Assembly (NCBI GenBank): GCA_964016885.1
Contig: OZ024743.1
Coordinates: forward strand, 177,382,001 to 177,446,000
Source: Eledone cirrhosa
Taxonomy: Eukaryota
Direction: 5' to 3'
DNA: 64,000 nucleotides
Shown: piece by piece, positions 26,870-41,700 of the stretch
How the letters are laid out: each line of letters opens with the position of its first letter
Numbering within the stretch: position 1 is the stretch's first letter
The notes under the pieces: model-generated
The model's input: the letters and a program-made list of their open reading frames with translations, nothing else
Told to the model about the DNA's origin: nothing
Databases searched by the model: none
Made by a program: the position numbers and the translations under genes

Positions 26870-28590
26870 GATGTTACGAAAGTGTGATTCATGTGAGAAT
26901 TTTTTACCATATTGTCAGTTATTATGAAAGTGGGATTAATCTGGTGAATGTTTTACATGTTGTCAGATGTTATGAAAGTGGGATTCATGTGGAGAATGTT
27001 TTGCATATTGTCAGATGTTATGAAAGTGGGATTAATGTGGAGAATGTTTTATATATTGTCAGATGTTATGAAAGTGGGATTCATGTGGAGAATGTTTTGC
27101 ATATTGTCAGATGTTATGAAAGTGTGATTAATGTGGAGAATGTTTTACATATTGTCAGATGTTATGAAAGTGGGATTCATGTGGAGAATGTTTTCCATAT
27201 TGTCAGATGTTATGAAAGTGGGATTAATGTGGAGAATGTTTTACATATTGTCAGATGTTATGAAAGTGGAATTCATGTGGAGAATGTTTTCCATATTGTC
27301 AGATCTTATGAAACTGGGCTTCATGTGGAGTATGTTTTGCATATTGTCAGATCTTATGAAACTGGGATTCATGTGGGGAATGTTTTCCATATTGTCAGAT
27401 TTTATGAAACTGGGATTCATGTGGAGAATGTTTTCCATATTTTCAGATGTTATGAAAGTGGGATTCATGTGATAATTTTTTTCCATATTGTCAGATGTTA
27501 TGAAAGTGGGATTCATGTGGAGAATGTTTTGCATATTGTCAGATGTTATGAAAGTGGGATTCATGTGAGAATGTTTTCCATATTGTCAGATGTTATGAAA
27601 GTGGGATTCATGTGGAGAATGTTTTGCATGTTGTCAGATGTTATGAAAGTGGGATTCATGTGGAGAATGTTTTCCATATTGTCAGATGTTATGAAAGTGG
27701 GATTCATGTGGAGAATGTTTTGCATATTGTCAGATGTTACGAAAGTGTGATTCATGTGAGAATTTTTTACCATATTGTCAGTTATTATGAAAGTGGGATT
27801 AATCTGGTGAATGTTTTACATGTTGTCAGATGTTATGAAAGTGGGATTCATGTGGAGAATGTTTTGCATATTGTCAGATGTTATGAAAGTGGGATTAATG
27901 TGGAGAATGTTTTATATATTGTCAGATGTTATGAAAGTGGGATTCATGTCGAGAATGTTTTGCATATTGTCAGATGTTATGAAAGTGTGATTAATGTGGA
28001 GAATGTTTTACATATTGTCAGATGTTATGAAAGTGGGATTCATGTGGAGAATGTTTTCCATATTGTCAGATGTTATGAAAGTGGGATTAATGTGGAGAAT
28101 GTTTTACATATTGTCAGATGTTATGAAAGTGGAATTCATGTGGAGAATGTTTTCCATATTGTCAGATCTTATGAAACTGGGCTTCATGTGGAGTATGTTT
28201 TGCATATTGTCAGATCTTATGAAACTGGGATTCATGTGGGGAATGTTTTCCATATTGTCAGATTTTATGAAACTGGGATTCATGTGGAGAATGTTTTCCA
28301 TATTTTCAGATGTTACGAAAGTGGGATTCATGTGATCATTTTTTTCCATATTGTCAGATGTTATGAAAGTGGGATTCATGTGGAGAATGTTTTGCATATT
28401 GTCAGATGTTATGAAAGTGGGATTCATGTGAGAATGTTTTCCATATTGTCAGATGTTATGAAAGTGGGATTCATGTGGAGAATGTTTTGCATATTGTCAG
28501 ATGTTATAAAAGTGGGATTCATGTGGAGAATGTTTTCCATATTGTCAGATGTTATGAAAGTGGGATTCATGTGGAGAATGTTTTGCATAT
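26870..28590. repeat. Tandem duplication, 863-bp unit (18 monomers minus 1 bp)
   Basis: ACGAAAGTGTGATTC lies at ~26876 and ~27739. ORF pairs 27131/27994, 27241/28104 and 27561/28424 are offset by 863. Confidence 0.85.
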
Positions 28591-31500
28591 TGTCAGATCT
28601 TATGAAACTGGGATTCATGTGGAGTAATGTTTTCCATATTGTCAAATGTTACGAAAGTGGGATTCATGTGAGAATTTTTTACCATATTGTCAGATGTTAT
28701 GAAAGTGGGATTAATCTGGAGAATGTTTTACATATTGTCAGATGTTATGAAAGTGGGATTCATGTGGAGAATGTTTTGCATATTGTCAGATGTTATGAAA
28801 GTGGGATTAATATGGAGAATGCTTTACATATTGTCAGATGTTATGAAAGTGGGATTCATGTGGAGAATGTTTTGCATATTGTCAGATGTTATGAAAGTGG
28901 GATTAATGTGGAGAATATTTTCTATATTATCAGATTTTATGAAAGTGGGATTCATGTGGTGAATGTTTTCCATATTGTCAGATGTTATGAAAGTGGGATT
29001 AATGTGGAGAATTTTTTCTAAATTGTCAGATGTTATGAAAGTGGGATTCATGTGGAGAATGTTTTGCATATTGTCAGATCTTATGAAACTGGGATTCATG
29101 TGGAGTAATGTTTTCCATATTGTCAAATGTTACGAAAGTGGGATTCATGTGAGAATTTTTTACCATATTGTCAGATGTTATGAAAGTGGGATTAATCTGG
29201 AGAATGTTTTACATATTGTCAGATGTTATGAAAGTGGGATTCATGTGGAGAATGTTTTCCATATTCTCAGATGTTATGAAAGTGGGATTCATGTGGAGAA
29301 TGTTTTGCATATTGTCAGATGTTATGAAAGTGGGATTCATGTGAGAATGTTTTCCATATTGTCAGATGTTATGAAAGTGGCATTCATGTGGAGAATGTTT
29401 TGCATATTGTCAGATGTTATGAAAGTGGGATTAATGTGGAGAATTTTTTCTAAATTGTCAGATTTTATGAAAGTGGGATTCATGTGGAGAATGTTTTCCA
29501 TATTGTCAGATGTTATGAAAGTGGGATTAATGTGGAGAATGTTTTACATATTGTCAGATGTTATGAAAGTGGGATTCATGTGGAGAATGTTTTCCATTTT
29601 GTCAGATCTTATGAAAGTGGGATTCATGTGGAATATGTTTTGCATATTGTCAGATCTTATGAAACTGGGATTCATGTGGAGAATGTTTTCGACATTGTCA
29701 GATGTTATGAAACTGGGATTCATGTGGAGAATGTTTTCCATATTTTCAGATGTTACAAAAGTGGGATTCATGTGAGAATTTTTTTCCATATTGTCAGATG
29801 TTATGAAAGTGGGATTCATGTGGAGAATGTTTTGCATATTGTCAGATGTTATGAAAGTGGGATTCATGTGAGAATGTTTTCCATATTGTCAGATGTTATG
29901 AAAGTGGCATTCATGTGGAGAATGTTTTGCATATTGTCAGATGTTATGAAAGTGGGATTAATGTGGAGAATGTTTTGCATATTGTCAGATGTTATGAAAG
30001 TGGGATTCATGTGGAGAATGTTTTCCATATTGTCAGATCTTATGAAAGTGGGATTCATGTGGAGAATGTTTTACATATTGTCCGATGATATGAAAGTGGG
30101 CTTCATGTGGAGAATGTTTTCCATTTTGTCAGATGTTATGAACGTGGGATTAATGTGGAGAATGTTTTGCATATTGTCAGATGTTATGAAAGTGGGATTC
30201 ATGTGGAGAATGTTTTCCATATTGTCAGATGTTATGAAAGTGGGATTAATGTGGAGAATATTTTCCATATTGTCAGATGTTATGAAAGTGGGATTCATGT
30301 GGAGAATGTTTTGCATATTGTCAGATGCTATGAAAGTGCGATTGATGTGGAGAATGTTTTGCATATTGTCAGATGTTATGAAAGTGGGATTCATGTGGAG
30401 AATATTTTCTAAATTGTCAGATTTTATGAAAGTGGGATTCATGTGGAGAATGTTTTCCATATTGTCAGATGTTATGAAAGTGGGATTAATGTTGAGAATG
30501 TTTTGCATATTGTCAGATGTTATGAAAGTGGGATTCATGTGAGAATGTTTTCCATATTGTCAGATGTTATGAAAGTGGGATTCATGTGGAGAATGTTTTG
30601 CATATTGTCAGATGTTATGAAAGTGGGATTCATGTGGAGAATGTTTTCCATATTGTCAGATGTTATGAAAGTGGGATTCATGTGGAGAATGTTTTGCATA
30701 TTGTCAGATGTTACGAAAACGTGATTCATGTGAGAATTTTTTACCATATTGTCAGTTATTATGAAAGTGGGATTAATCTGGTGAATGTTTTACATGTTGT
30801 CAGATGTTATGAAAGTGGGATTCATGTGGAGAATGTTTTGCATATTGTCAGATGTTATGAAAGTGGGATTAATGTGGAGAATGTTTTATATATTGTCAGA
30901 TGTTATGAAAGTGGGATTCATGTGGAGAATGTTTTGCATATTGTCAGATGTTATGAAAGTGTGATTAATGTGGAGAATGTTTTACATATTGTCAGATGTT
31001 ATGAAAGTGGGATTCATGTGGAGAATGTTTTCCATATTGTCAGATGTTATGAAAGTGGGATTAATGTGGAGAATGTTTTACATATTGTCAGATGTTATGA
31101 AAGTGGAATTCATGTGGAGAATGTTTTCCATATTGTCAGATCTTATGAAACTGGGCTTCATGTGGAGTATGTTTTGCATATTGTCAGATCTTATGAAACT
31201 GGGATTCATGTGGGGAATGTTTTCCATATTGTCAGATTTTATGAAACTGGGATTCATGTGGAGAATGTTTTCCATATTTTCAGATGTTACGAAAGTAGGA
31301 TACATGTGATAATTTTTTTCCATATTGTCAGATGTTATGAAAGTGGGATTCATGTGGAGAATGTTTTGCATATTGTCAGATGTTATGAAAGTGGGATTCA
31401 TGTGAGAATGTTTTCCATATTGTCAGATGTTATGAAAGTGGGATTCATGTGGAGAATGTTTTGCATATTGTCAGATGTTATGAAAGTGGGATTCATGTGG

Positions 31501-34500
31501 AGAATGTTTTCCATATTGTCAGATGTTATGAAAGTGGGATTCATGTGGAGAATGTTTTGCATATTGTCAGATCTTATGAAACTGGGATTCATGTGGAGTA
31601 ATGTTTTCCATATTGTCAAATGTTACGAAAGTGGGATTCATGCGAGAATTTTTTACCATATTGTCAGATGTTATGAAAGTGGGATTAATCTGGAGAATGT
31701 TTTACATATCGTCAGATGTTATGAAAGTGGGATTCATGTGGAGAATGTTTTGCATATTGTCAGATGTTATGAAAGTGGGATTAATATGGAGAATGTTTTA
31801 CATATTGTCAGATGTTATGAAAGTGGGATTCATGTGGAGAATGTTTTGCATATTGTCAGATGTTATGAAAGTGGGATTAATGTGGAGAATATTTTCTATA
31901 TTATCAGATTTTATGAAAGTGGGATTCATGTGGTGAATGTTTTCCATATTGTCAGATGTTATGAAAGTGGGATTCATGTGGAGAATGTTTTGTATATTGT
32001 CAGATGTTATGAAAGTGGGATTCATGTGGAGAATGTTTTACATATTGTCAGATGTTATGAAAGTGGAATTCATGTGGAGAATGTTTTCCATTTTGTCAGA
32101 TCTTATGAAAGTAGGATTCATGTGGAGTATGTTTTGCATATTGTCAGATCTTATGAAACTGGGATTCATGTGGAGAATGTTTTCGACATTGTCAGATGTT
32201 ATGAAACTGGGATTCATGTGGACAATGTTTTCCATATTTTCAGATGTTACGAAAGTGGGATTCATGTGAGAATTTTTTTCCATATTCACAGATGTTATGA
32301 AAGTGGGATTCATGTGGAGAATGTTTTGCATATTGTCAGATGTTATGAAAGTGGGATTCATGTGAGAATGTTTTCCATATTGTCAGATGTTATGAAAGTG
32401 GCATTCATGTGGAGAATGTTTTGCATATTGTCAGATGTTATGAAAGTGGGATTAATGTGGAGAATATTTTCTAAATTGTCAGATTTTATGAAAGTGGGAT
32501 TCATGTGGAGAATGTTTTCCATATTGTCAGATGTTATGAAAGTGGGATTAATGTGGAGAATGTTTTACATATTGTCAGATGTTATGAAAGTGGGATTCAT
32601 GTGGAGAATGTTTTCCATTTTGTCAGATCTTATGAAAGTGGGATTCATGTGGAGTATGTTTTGCATATTGTCAGATCTTATGAAACTGGGATTCATGTGG
32701 AGAATGTTTTCGACATTGTCAGATGTTATGAAACTGGGATTCATGTGGAGAATGTTTTCCATATTTTCAGATGTTACGAAAGTGGGATTCATGTGAGAAT
32801 TTTTTTCCATATTGTCAGATGTTATGAAAGTGGGATTCATGTGGAGAATGTTTTGCATATTGTCAGATGTTATGAAAGTGGCATTCATGTGGAGAATGTT
32901 TTGCATATTGTCAGATGTTATGAAAGTGGGATTAATGTGGAGAATATTTTCTAAATTGTCAGATTTTATGAAAGTGGGATTCATGTGGAGAATGTTTTCC
33001 ATATTGTCAGATGTTATGAAAGTGGGATTAATGTGGAGAATGTTTTACATATTGTCAGATGTTATGAAAGTGGGATTCATGTGGAGAATGTTTTCCATAT
33101 TGTCAGATCTTATGAAAGTGGGATTCATGTGGAGAATGTTATACATATTGTCCGATGATATGAAAGTGGGCTTCATGTGGAGAATGTTTTCCATTTTGTC
33201 AGATGTTATGAAAGTGGGATTAATGTGGAGAATGTTTTGCATATTGTCAGATGTTATGAAAGTGGGATTCATGTGGAGAATGTTTTGCATATTGTCAGAT
33301 CTTATGTAAGTGGGATTCATGTGGAGAATGTTTTGCATGTTGTCAGATGTTATGAAAGTGGGATTAATGTGGAGAATATTTTCTAAATTGTCAGATTTTA
33401 TGAAAGTGGGATTCATGTGGAGAATGTTTTCCATATTGTCAGATGTTATGAAAGTGGGATTAATGTGGAGAATGTTTTACATATTGTCAGATGTTATGAA
33501 AGTGGGATTCATGTGGAGAATGTTTTCCATTTTGTCAGATCTTATGAAAGTGGGATTCATGTGGAGAATGTTTTCCATATTGTCAGATGTTATGAAAGTG
33601 GGATTAATGTGGAGAATGTTTTGCATATTGTTAGATGTTATGAAAGTGGGATTCATGTGAGAATGTTTTCCATATTGTCAGATGTTATAAAGTGGGATTC
33701 ATGTGGAGAATGTTTTGCATATTGTCAGATGTTATGAAAGTGGGATTCATGTGGAGAATGTTTTCCATATTGTCAGATGTTATGAAAGTGGGATTCATGT
33801 GGAGAATGTTTTGCATATTGTCAGATGTTACGAAAATGTGATTCATGTGAGAATTTTTTACCATATTGTCAGTTATTATGAAAGTGGGATTAATCTGGTG
33901 AATGTTTTACATGTTGTCAGATGTTATGAAAGTGGGATTCATGTGGAGAATGTTTTGCATATTGTCAGATGTTATGAAAGTGTGATTAATGTGGAGAATG
34001 TTTTACATATTGTCAGATGTTATGAAAGTGGGATTCATGTGGAGAATGTTTTCCATATTTTCAGATGTTACGAAAGTGGGATTCATGTGATAATTTTTTT
34101 CCATATTGTCAGATGTTATGAAAGTGGGATTCATGTGGAGAATGTTTTGCATATTGTCAGATGTTATGAAAGTGGGATTCATGTGAGAATGTTTTCCATA
34201 TTGTCAGATGTTATGAAAGTGGGATTCATGTGGAGAATGTTTTGCATATTGTCAGATGTTATGAAAGTGGGATTCATGTGGAGAATGTTTTCCATATTGT
34301 CAGATGTTATGAAAGTGGGATTCATGTGGAGAATGTTTTGCATATTGTCAGATCTTATGAAACTGGGATTCATGTGGAGTAATGTTTTCCATATTGTCAA
34401 ATGTTACGAAAGTGGGATTCATGTGAGAATTTTTTACCATATTGTCAGATGTTATGAAAGTGGGATTAATCTGGAGAATGTTTTACATATCGTCTGATGT

Positions 34501-35761
34501 TATGAAAGTGGGATTCATGTGGAGATTGTTTTGCATATTGTCAGATGTTATGAAAGTGTGATTAATATGGAGAATGTTTTACATATTGTCAGATGTTATG
34601 AAAGTGGGATTCATGTGGAGAATGTTTTGCATATTGTCAGATGTTATGAAAGTGGGATTAATGTGGAGAATATTTTCTATATTATCAGATTTTATGAAAG
34701 TGGGATTCATGTGGTGAATGTTTTCCATATTGTCAGATGTTATGAAAGTGGGATTCATGTGGAGAATGTTTTGCATATTGTCAGATGTTATGAAAGTGGG
34801 ATTCATGTGGAGAATGTTTTACATATTGTCAGATGTTATGAAAGTGGAATTCATGTGGAGAATGTTTTCCATTTTGTCAGATCTTATGAAAGTAGGATTC
34901 ATGTGGAGTATGTTTTGCATATTGTCAGATCTTATGAAACTGGGATTCATGTGGAGAATGTTTTCGACATTGTCAGATGTTATGAAACTGGGATTCATGT
35001 GGAGAATGTTTTCCATATTTTCAGATGTTACGAAAGTGGGATTCATGTGAGAATTTTTTTCCATATTCTCAGATGTTATGAAAGTGGGATTCATGTGGAG
35101 AATGTTTTGCATATTGTCAGATGTTATGAAAGTGGGATTCATGTGAGAATGTTTTCCATATTGTCAGATGTTATGAAAGTGGCATTCATGTGGAGAATGT
35201 TTTGCATATTGTCAGATGTTATGAAAGTGGGATTAATGTGGAGAATATATTCTAAATTGTCAGATTTTATGAAAGTGGGATTCATGTGGAGAATGTTTTC
35301 CATATTGTCAGATGTTATGAAAGTGGGATTAATGTGGAGAATGTTTTACATATTGTCAGATGTTATGAAAGTGGGATTCATGTGGAGAATGTTTTCCATT
35401 TTGTCAGATGTTATGAAAGTGGGATTAATGTGGAGAATGTTTTGCATATTGTCAGATGTTATGAAAGTGGGATTAATGTGGAGAATATTTTCTAAATTGT
35501 CAGATTTTATGAAAGTGGGATTCATGTGGAGAATGTTTTCCATATTGTCAGATGTTATGAAAGTGGGATTAATGTGGAGAATGTTTTACATATTGTCAGA
35601 TGTTATGAAAGTGGGATTCATGTGGAGAATGTTTTCCATTTTGTCAGATCTTATGAAAGTGGGATTCATGTGGAGAATGTTTTCCATATTGTCAGATGTT
35701 ATGAAAGTGGGATTAATGTGGAGAATGTTTTGCATATTGTCAGATGTTATGAAAGTGGGAT

Positions 35762-38700
35762 TCATGTGAGAATGTTTTCCATATTGTCAGATGTTATGAA
35801 AGTGGGATTCATGTGGAGAATGTTTTGCATATTGTCAGATGTTATGAAAGTTGGATTCATGTGGAGAATGTTTTCCATATTGTCAGATGTTATGAAAGTG
35901 GGATTCATGTGGAGAATGTTTTGCATATTGTCAGATGTTACGAAAATGTGATTCATGTGAGAATTTTTTACCATATTGTCAGTTATTATGAAAGTGGGAT
36001 TAATCTGGTGAATGTTTTACATGTTGTCAGATGTTATGAAAGTGGGATTCATGTGGAGAATGTTTTGCATATTGTCAGATGTTATGAAAGTGGGATTAAT
36101 GTGGAGAATGTTTTATATATTGTCAGATGTTATGAAAGTGGGATTCATGTGGAGAATGTTTTGCATATTGTCAGATGTTATGAAAGTGTGATTAATGTGG
36201 AGAATGTTTTACATATTGTCAGATGTTATGAAAGTGGGATTCATGTGGAGAATGTTTTCCATATTGTCAGATGTTATGAAAGTGGGATTAATGTGGAGAA
36301 TGTTTTACATATTGTCAGATGTTATGAAAGTGGAATTCATGTGGAGAATGTTTTCCATATTGTCAGATCTTATGAAACTGGGCTTCATGTGGAGTATGTT
36401 TTGCATATTGTCAGATCTTATGAAACTGGGATTCATGTGGGGAATGTTTTCCATATTGTCAGATTTTATGAAACTGGGATTCATGTGGAGAATGTTTTCC
36501 ATATTTTCAGATGTTACGAAAGTGGGATTCATGTGATAATTTTTTTCCATATTGTCAGATGTTATGAAAGTGGGATTCATGTGGAGAATGTTTTGCATAT
36601 TGTCAGATGTTATGAAAGTGGGATTCATGTGAGAATGTTTTCCATATTGTCAGATGTTATGAAAGTGGGATTCATGTGGAGAATGTTTTGCATATTGTCA
36701 GATGTTATGAAAGTGGGATTCATGTGGAGAATGTTTTCCATATTGTCAGATGTTATGAAAGTGGGATTCATGTGGAGAATGTTTTGCATATTGTCAGATC
36801 TTATGAAACTGGGATTCATGTGGAGTAATGTTTTCCATATTGTCAAATGTTACGAAAGTGGGATTCATGTGAGAATTTTTTACCATATTGTCAGATGTTA
36901 TGAAAGTGGGATTAATCTGGAGAATGTTTTACATATCGTTAGATGTTATGAAAGTGGGATTCATGTGGAGAATGTTTTGCATATTGTCAGATGTTATGAA
37001 AGTGGGATTAATATGGAGAATGTTTTACATATTGTCAGATGTTATGAAAGTGGGATTCATGTGGAGAATGTTTTGCATATTGTCAGATGTTATGAAAGTG
37101 GGATTAATGTGGAGAATATTTTCTATATTATCAGATTTTATGAAAGTGGGATTCATGTGGTGAATGTTTTCCATATTGTCAGATGTTATGAAAGTGGGAT
37201 TCATGTGGAGAATGTTTTGCATATTGTCAGATGTTATGAAAGTGGGATTCATGTGGAGAATGTTTTACATATTGTCAGATGTTATGAAAGTGGAATTCAT
37301 GTGGAGAATGTTTTGCATATTGTCAGATGTTATGAAAGTGGGATTCATGTGAGAATGTTTTCCATATTGTCAGATGTTATGAAAGTGGCATTCATGTGGA
37401 GAATGTTTTGCATATTGTCAGATGTTATGAAAGTGGGATTAATGTGGAGAATATTTTCTAAATTGTCAGATTTTATGAAAGTGGGATTCATGTGGAGAAT
37501 GTTTTCCATATTGTCAGATGTTATGAAAGTGGGATTCATGTGGAGAATGTTTTCCATATTGTCAGATGTTATGAAAGTGGGATTAATGTGGAGAATGTTT
37601 TGCATATTGTCAGATGTTATGAAAGTGGGATTCATGTGAGAATGTTTTCCATATTGTCAGATGTTATGAAAGTGGGATTCATGTGGAGAATGTTTTGCAT
37701 ATTGTCAGATGTTATGAAAGTTGGATTCATGTGGAGAATGTTTTCCATATTGTCAGATGTTATGAAAGTGGGATTAATGTGGAGAATGTTTTGCATATTG
37801 TCAGATGTTATGAAAGTGGGATTCATGTGAGAATGTTTTCCATATTGTCAGATGTTATGAAAGTGGGATTCATGTGGAGAATGTTTTGCATATTGTCAGA
37901 TGTTATGAAAGTTGGATTCATGTGGAGAATGTTTTCCATATTGTCAGATGTTATGAAAGTGGGATTCATGTGGAGAATGTTTTGCATATTGTCAGATGTT
38001 ACGAAAATGTGATTCATGTGAGAATTTTTTACCATATTGTCAGTTATTATGAAAGTGGGATTAATCTGGTGAATGTTTTACATGTTGTCAGATGTTATGA
38101 ACGTGGGATTCATGTGGAGAATGTTTTGCATATTGTCAGATGTTATGAAAGTGGGATTAATGTGGAGAATGTTTTATATATTGTCAGATGTTATGAAAGT
38201 GGGATTCATGTGGAGAATGTTTTGCATATTGTCAGATGTTATGAAAGTGTGATTAATGTGGAGAATGTTTTACATATTGTCAGATGTTATGAAAGTGGGA
38301 TTCATGTGGAGAATGTTTTGCATATTGTCAGATGTTATGAAAGTGTGATTAATGTGGAGAATGTTTTACATATTGTCAGATGTTATGAAAGTGGGATTCA
38401 TGTGGAGAATGTTTTCCATATTGTCAGATGTTATGAAAGTGGGATTAATGTGGAGAATGTTTTACATATTGTCAGATGTTATGAAAGTGGAATTCATGTG
38501 GAGAATGTTTTCCATATTGTCAGATCTTATGAAACTGGGCTTCATGTGGAGTATGTTTTGCATATTGTCAGATCTTATGAAACTGGGATTCATGTGGGGA
38601 ATGTTTTCCATATTGTCAGATTTTATGAAACTGGGATTCATGTGGAGAATGTTTTCCATATTTTCAGATGTTACGAAAGTGGGATTCATGTGATAATTTT

Positions 38701-41700
38701 TTTCCATATTGTCAGATGTTATGAAAGTGGGATTCATGTGGAGAATGTTTTGCATATTGTCAGATGTTATGAAAGTGGGATTCATGTGAGAATGTTTTCC
38801 ATATTGTCAGATGTTATGAAAGTGGGATTCATGTGGAGAATGTTTTGCATATTGTCAGATGTTATGAAAGTGGGATTCATGTGGAGAATGTTTTCCATAT
38901 TGTCAGATGTTATGAAAGTGGGATTCATGTGGAGAATGTTTTGCATATTGTCAGATCTTATGAAACTGGGATTCATGTGGAGTAATGTTTTCCATATTGT
39001 CAAATGTTACGAAAGTGGGATTCATGTGAGAATTTTTTACCATATTGTCAGATGTTATGAAAGTGGGATTAATCTGGAGAATGTTTTACATATCGTCAGA
39101 TGTTATGAAAGTGGGATTCATGTGGAGAATGTTTTGCATATTGTCAGATGTTATGAAAGTGGGATTAATATGGAGAATGTTTTACATATTGTCAGATGTT
39201 ATGAAAGTGGGATTCATGTGGAGAATGTTTTGCATATTGTCAGATGTTATGAAAGTGGGATTAATGTGGAGAATATTTTCTATATTATCAGATTTTATGA
39301 AAGTGGGATTCATGTGGTGAATGTTTTCCATATTGTCAGATGTTATGAAAGTGGGATTCATGTGGAGAATGTTTTGCATATTGTCAGATGTTATGAAAGT
39401 GGGATTCATGTGGAGAATGTTTTACATATTGTCAGATGTTATGAAAGTGGAATTCATGTGGAGAATGTTTTGCATATTGTCAGATGTTATGAAAGTGGGA
39501 TTCATGTGAGAATGTTTTCCATATTGTCAGATGTTATGAAAGTGGCATTCATGTGGAGAATGTTTTGCATATTGTCAGATGTTATGAAAGTGGGATTAAT
39601 GTGGAGAATATTTTCTAAATTGTCAGATTTTATGAAAGTGGGATTCATGTGGAGAATGTTTTCCATATTGTCAGATGTTATGAAAGTGGGATTCATGTGG
39701 AGAATGTTTTCCATATTGTCAGATGTTATGAAAGTGGGATTAATGTGGAGAATGTTTTGCATATTGTCAGATGTTATGAAAGTGGGATTCATGTGAGAAT
39801 GTTTTCCATATTGTCAGATGTTATGAAAGTGGGATTCATGTGGAGAATGTTTTGCATATTGTCAGATGTTATGAAAGTTGGATTCATGTGGAGAATGTTT
39901 TCCATATTGTCAGATGTTATGAAAGTGGGATTAATGTGGAGAATGTTTTGCATATTGTCAGATGTTATGAAAGTGGGATTCATGTGAGAATGTTTTCCAT
40001 ATTGTCAGATGTTATGAAAGTGGGATTCATGTGGAGAATGTTTTGCATATTGTCAGATGTTATGAAAGTTGGATTCATGTGGAGAATGTTTTCCATATTG
40101 TCAGATGTTATGAAAGTGGGATTCATGTGGAGAATGTTTTGCATATTGTCAGATGTTACGAAAATGTGATTCATGTGAGAATGTTTTACCATATTGTCAG
40201 TTATTATGAAAGTGGGATTAATCTGGTGAATGTTTTACATGTTGTCAGATGTTATGAAAGTGGGATTCATGTGGAGAATGTTTTGCATATTGTCAGATGT
40301 TATGAAAGTGGGATTAATGTGGAGAATGTTTTATATATTGTCAGATGTTATGAAAGTGGGATTCATGTGGAGAATGTTTTGCATATTGTCAGATGTTATG
40401 AAAGTGTGATTAATGTGGAGAATGTTTTACATATTGTCAGATGTTATGAAAGTGGGATTCATGTGGAGAATGTTTTGCATATTGTCAGATGTTATGAAAG
40501 TGTGATTAATGTGGAGAATGTTTTACATATTGTCAGATGTTATGAAAGTGGGATTCATGTGGAGAATGTTTTCCATATTGTCAGATGTTATGAAAGTGGG
40601 ATTAATGTGGAGAATGTTTTACATATTGTCAGATGTTATGAAAGTGGAATTCATGTGGAGAATGTTTTCCATATTGTCAGATCTTATGAAACTGGGCTTC
40701 ATGTGGAGTATGTTTTGCATATTGTCAGATCTTATGAAACTGGGATTCATGTGGGGAATGTTTTCCATATTGTCAGATTTTATGAAACTGGGATTCATGT
40801 GGAGAATGTTTTCCATATTTTCAGATGTTACGAAAGTGGGATTCATGTGATAATTTTTTTCCATATTGTCAGATGTTATGAAAGTGGGATTCATGTGGAG
40901 AATGTTTTGCATATTGTCAGATGTTATGAAAGTGGGATTCATGTGAGAATGTTTTCCATATTGTCAGATGTTATGAAAGTGGGATTCATGTGGAGAATGT
41001 TTTGCATATTGTCAGATGTTATGAAAGTGGGATTCATGTGGAGAATGTTTTCCATATTGTCAGATGTTATGAAAGTGGGATTCATGTGGAGAATGTTTTG
41101 CATATTGTCAGATCTTATGAAACTGGGATTCATGTGGAGTAATGTTTTCCATATTGTCAAATGTTACGAAAGTGGGATTCATGTGAGAATTTTTTACCAT
41201 ATTGTCAGATGTTATGAAAGTGGGATTAATCTGGAGAATGTTTTACATATCGTCAGATGTTATGAAAGTGGGATTCATGTGGAGAATGTTTTGCATATTG
41301 TCAGATGTTATGAAAGTGGGATTAATATGGAGAATGTTTTACATATTGTCAGATGTTATGAAAGTGGGATTCATGTGGAGAATGTTTTGCATATTGTCAG
41401 ATGTTATGAAAGTGGGATTAATGTGGAGAATATTTTCTATATTATCAGATTTTATGAAAGTGGGATTCATGTGGTGAATGTTTTCCATATTGTCAGATGT
41501 TATGAAAGTGGGATTCATGTGGAGAATGTTTTGCATATTGTCAGATGTTATGAAAGTGGGATTCATGTGGAGAATGTTTTACATATTGTCAGATGTTATG
41601 AAAGTGGAATTCATGTGGAGAATGTTTTGCATATTGTCAGATGTTATGAAAGTGGGATTCATGTGAGAATGTTTTCCATATTGTCAGATGTTATGAAAGT

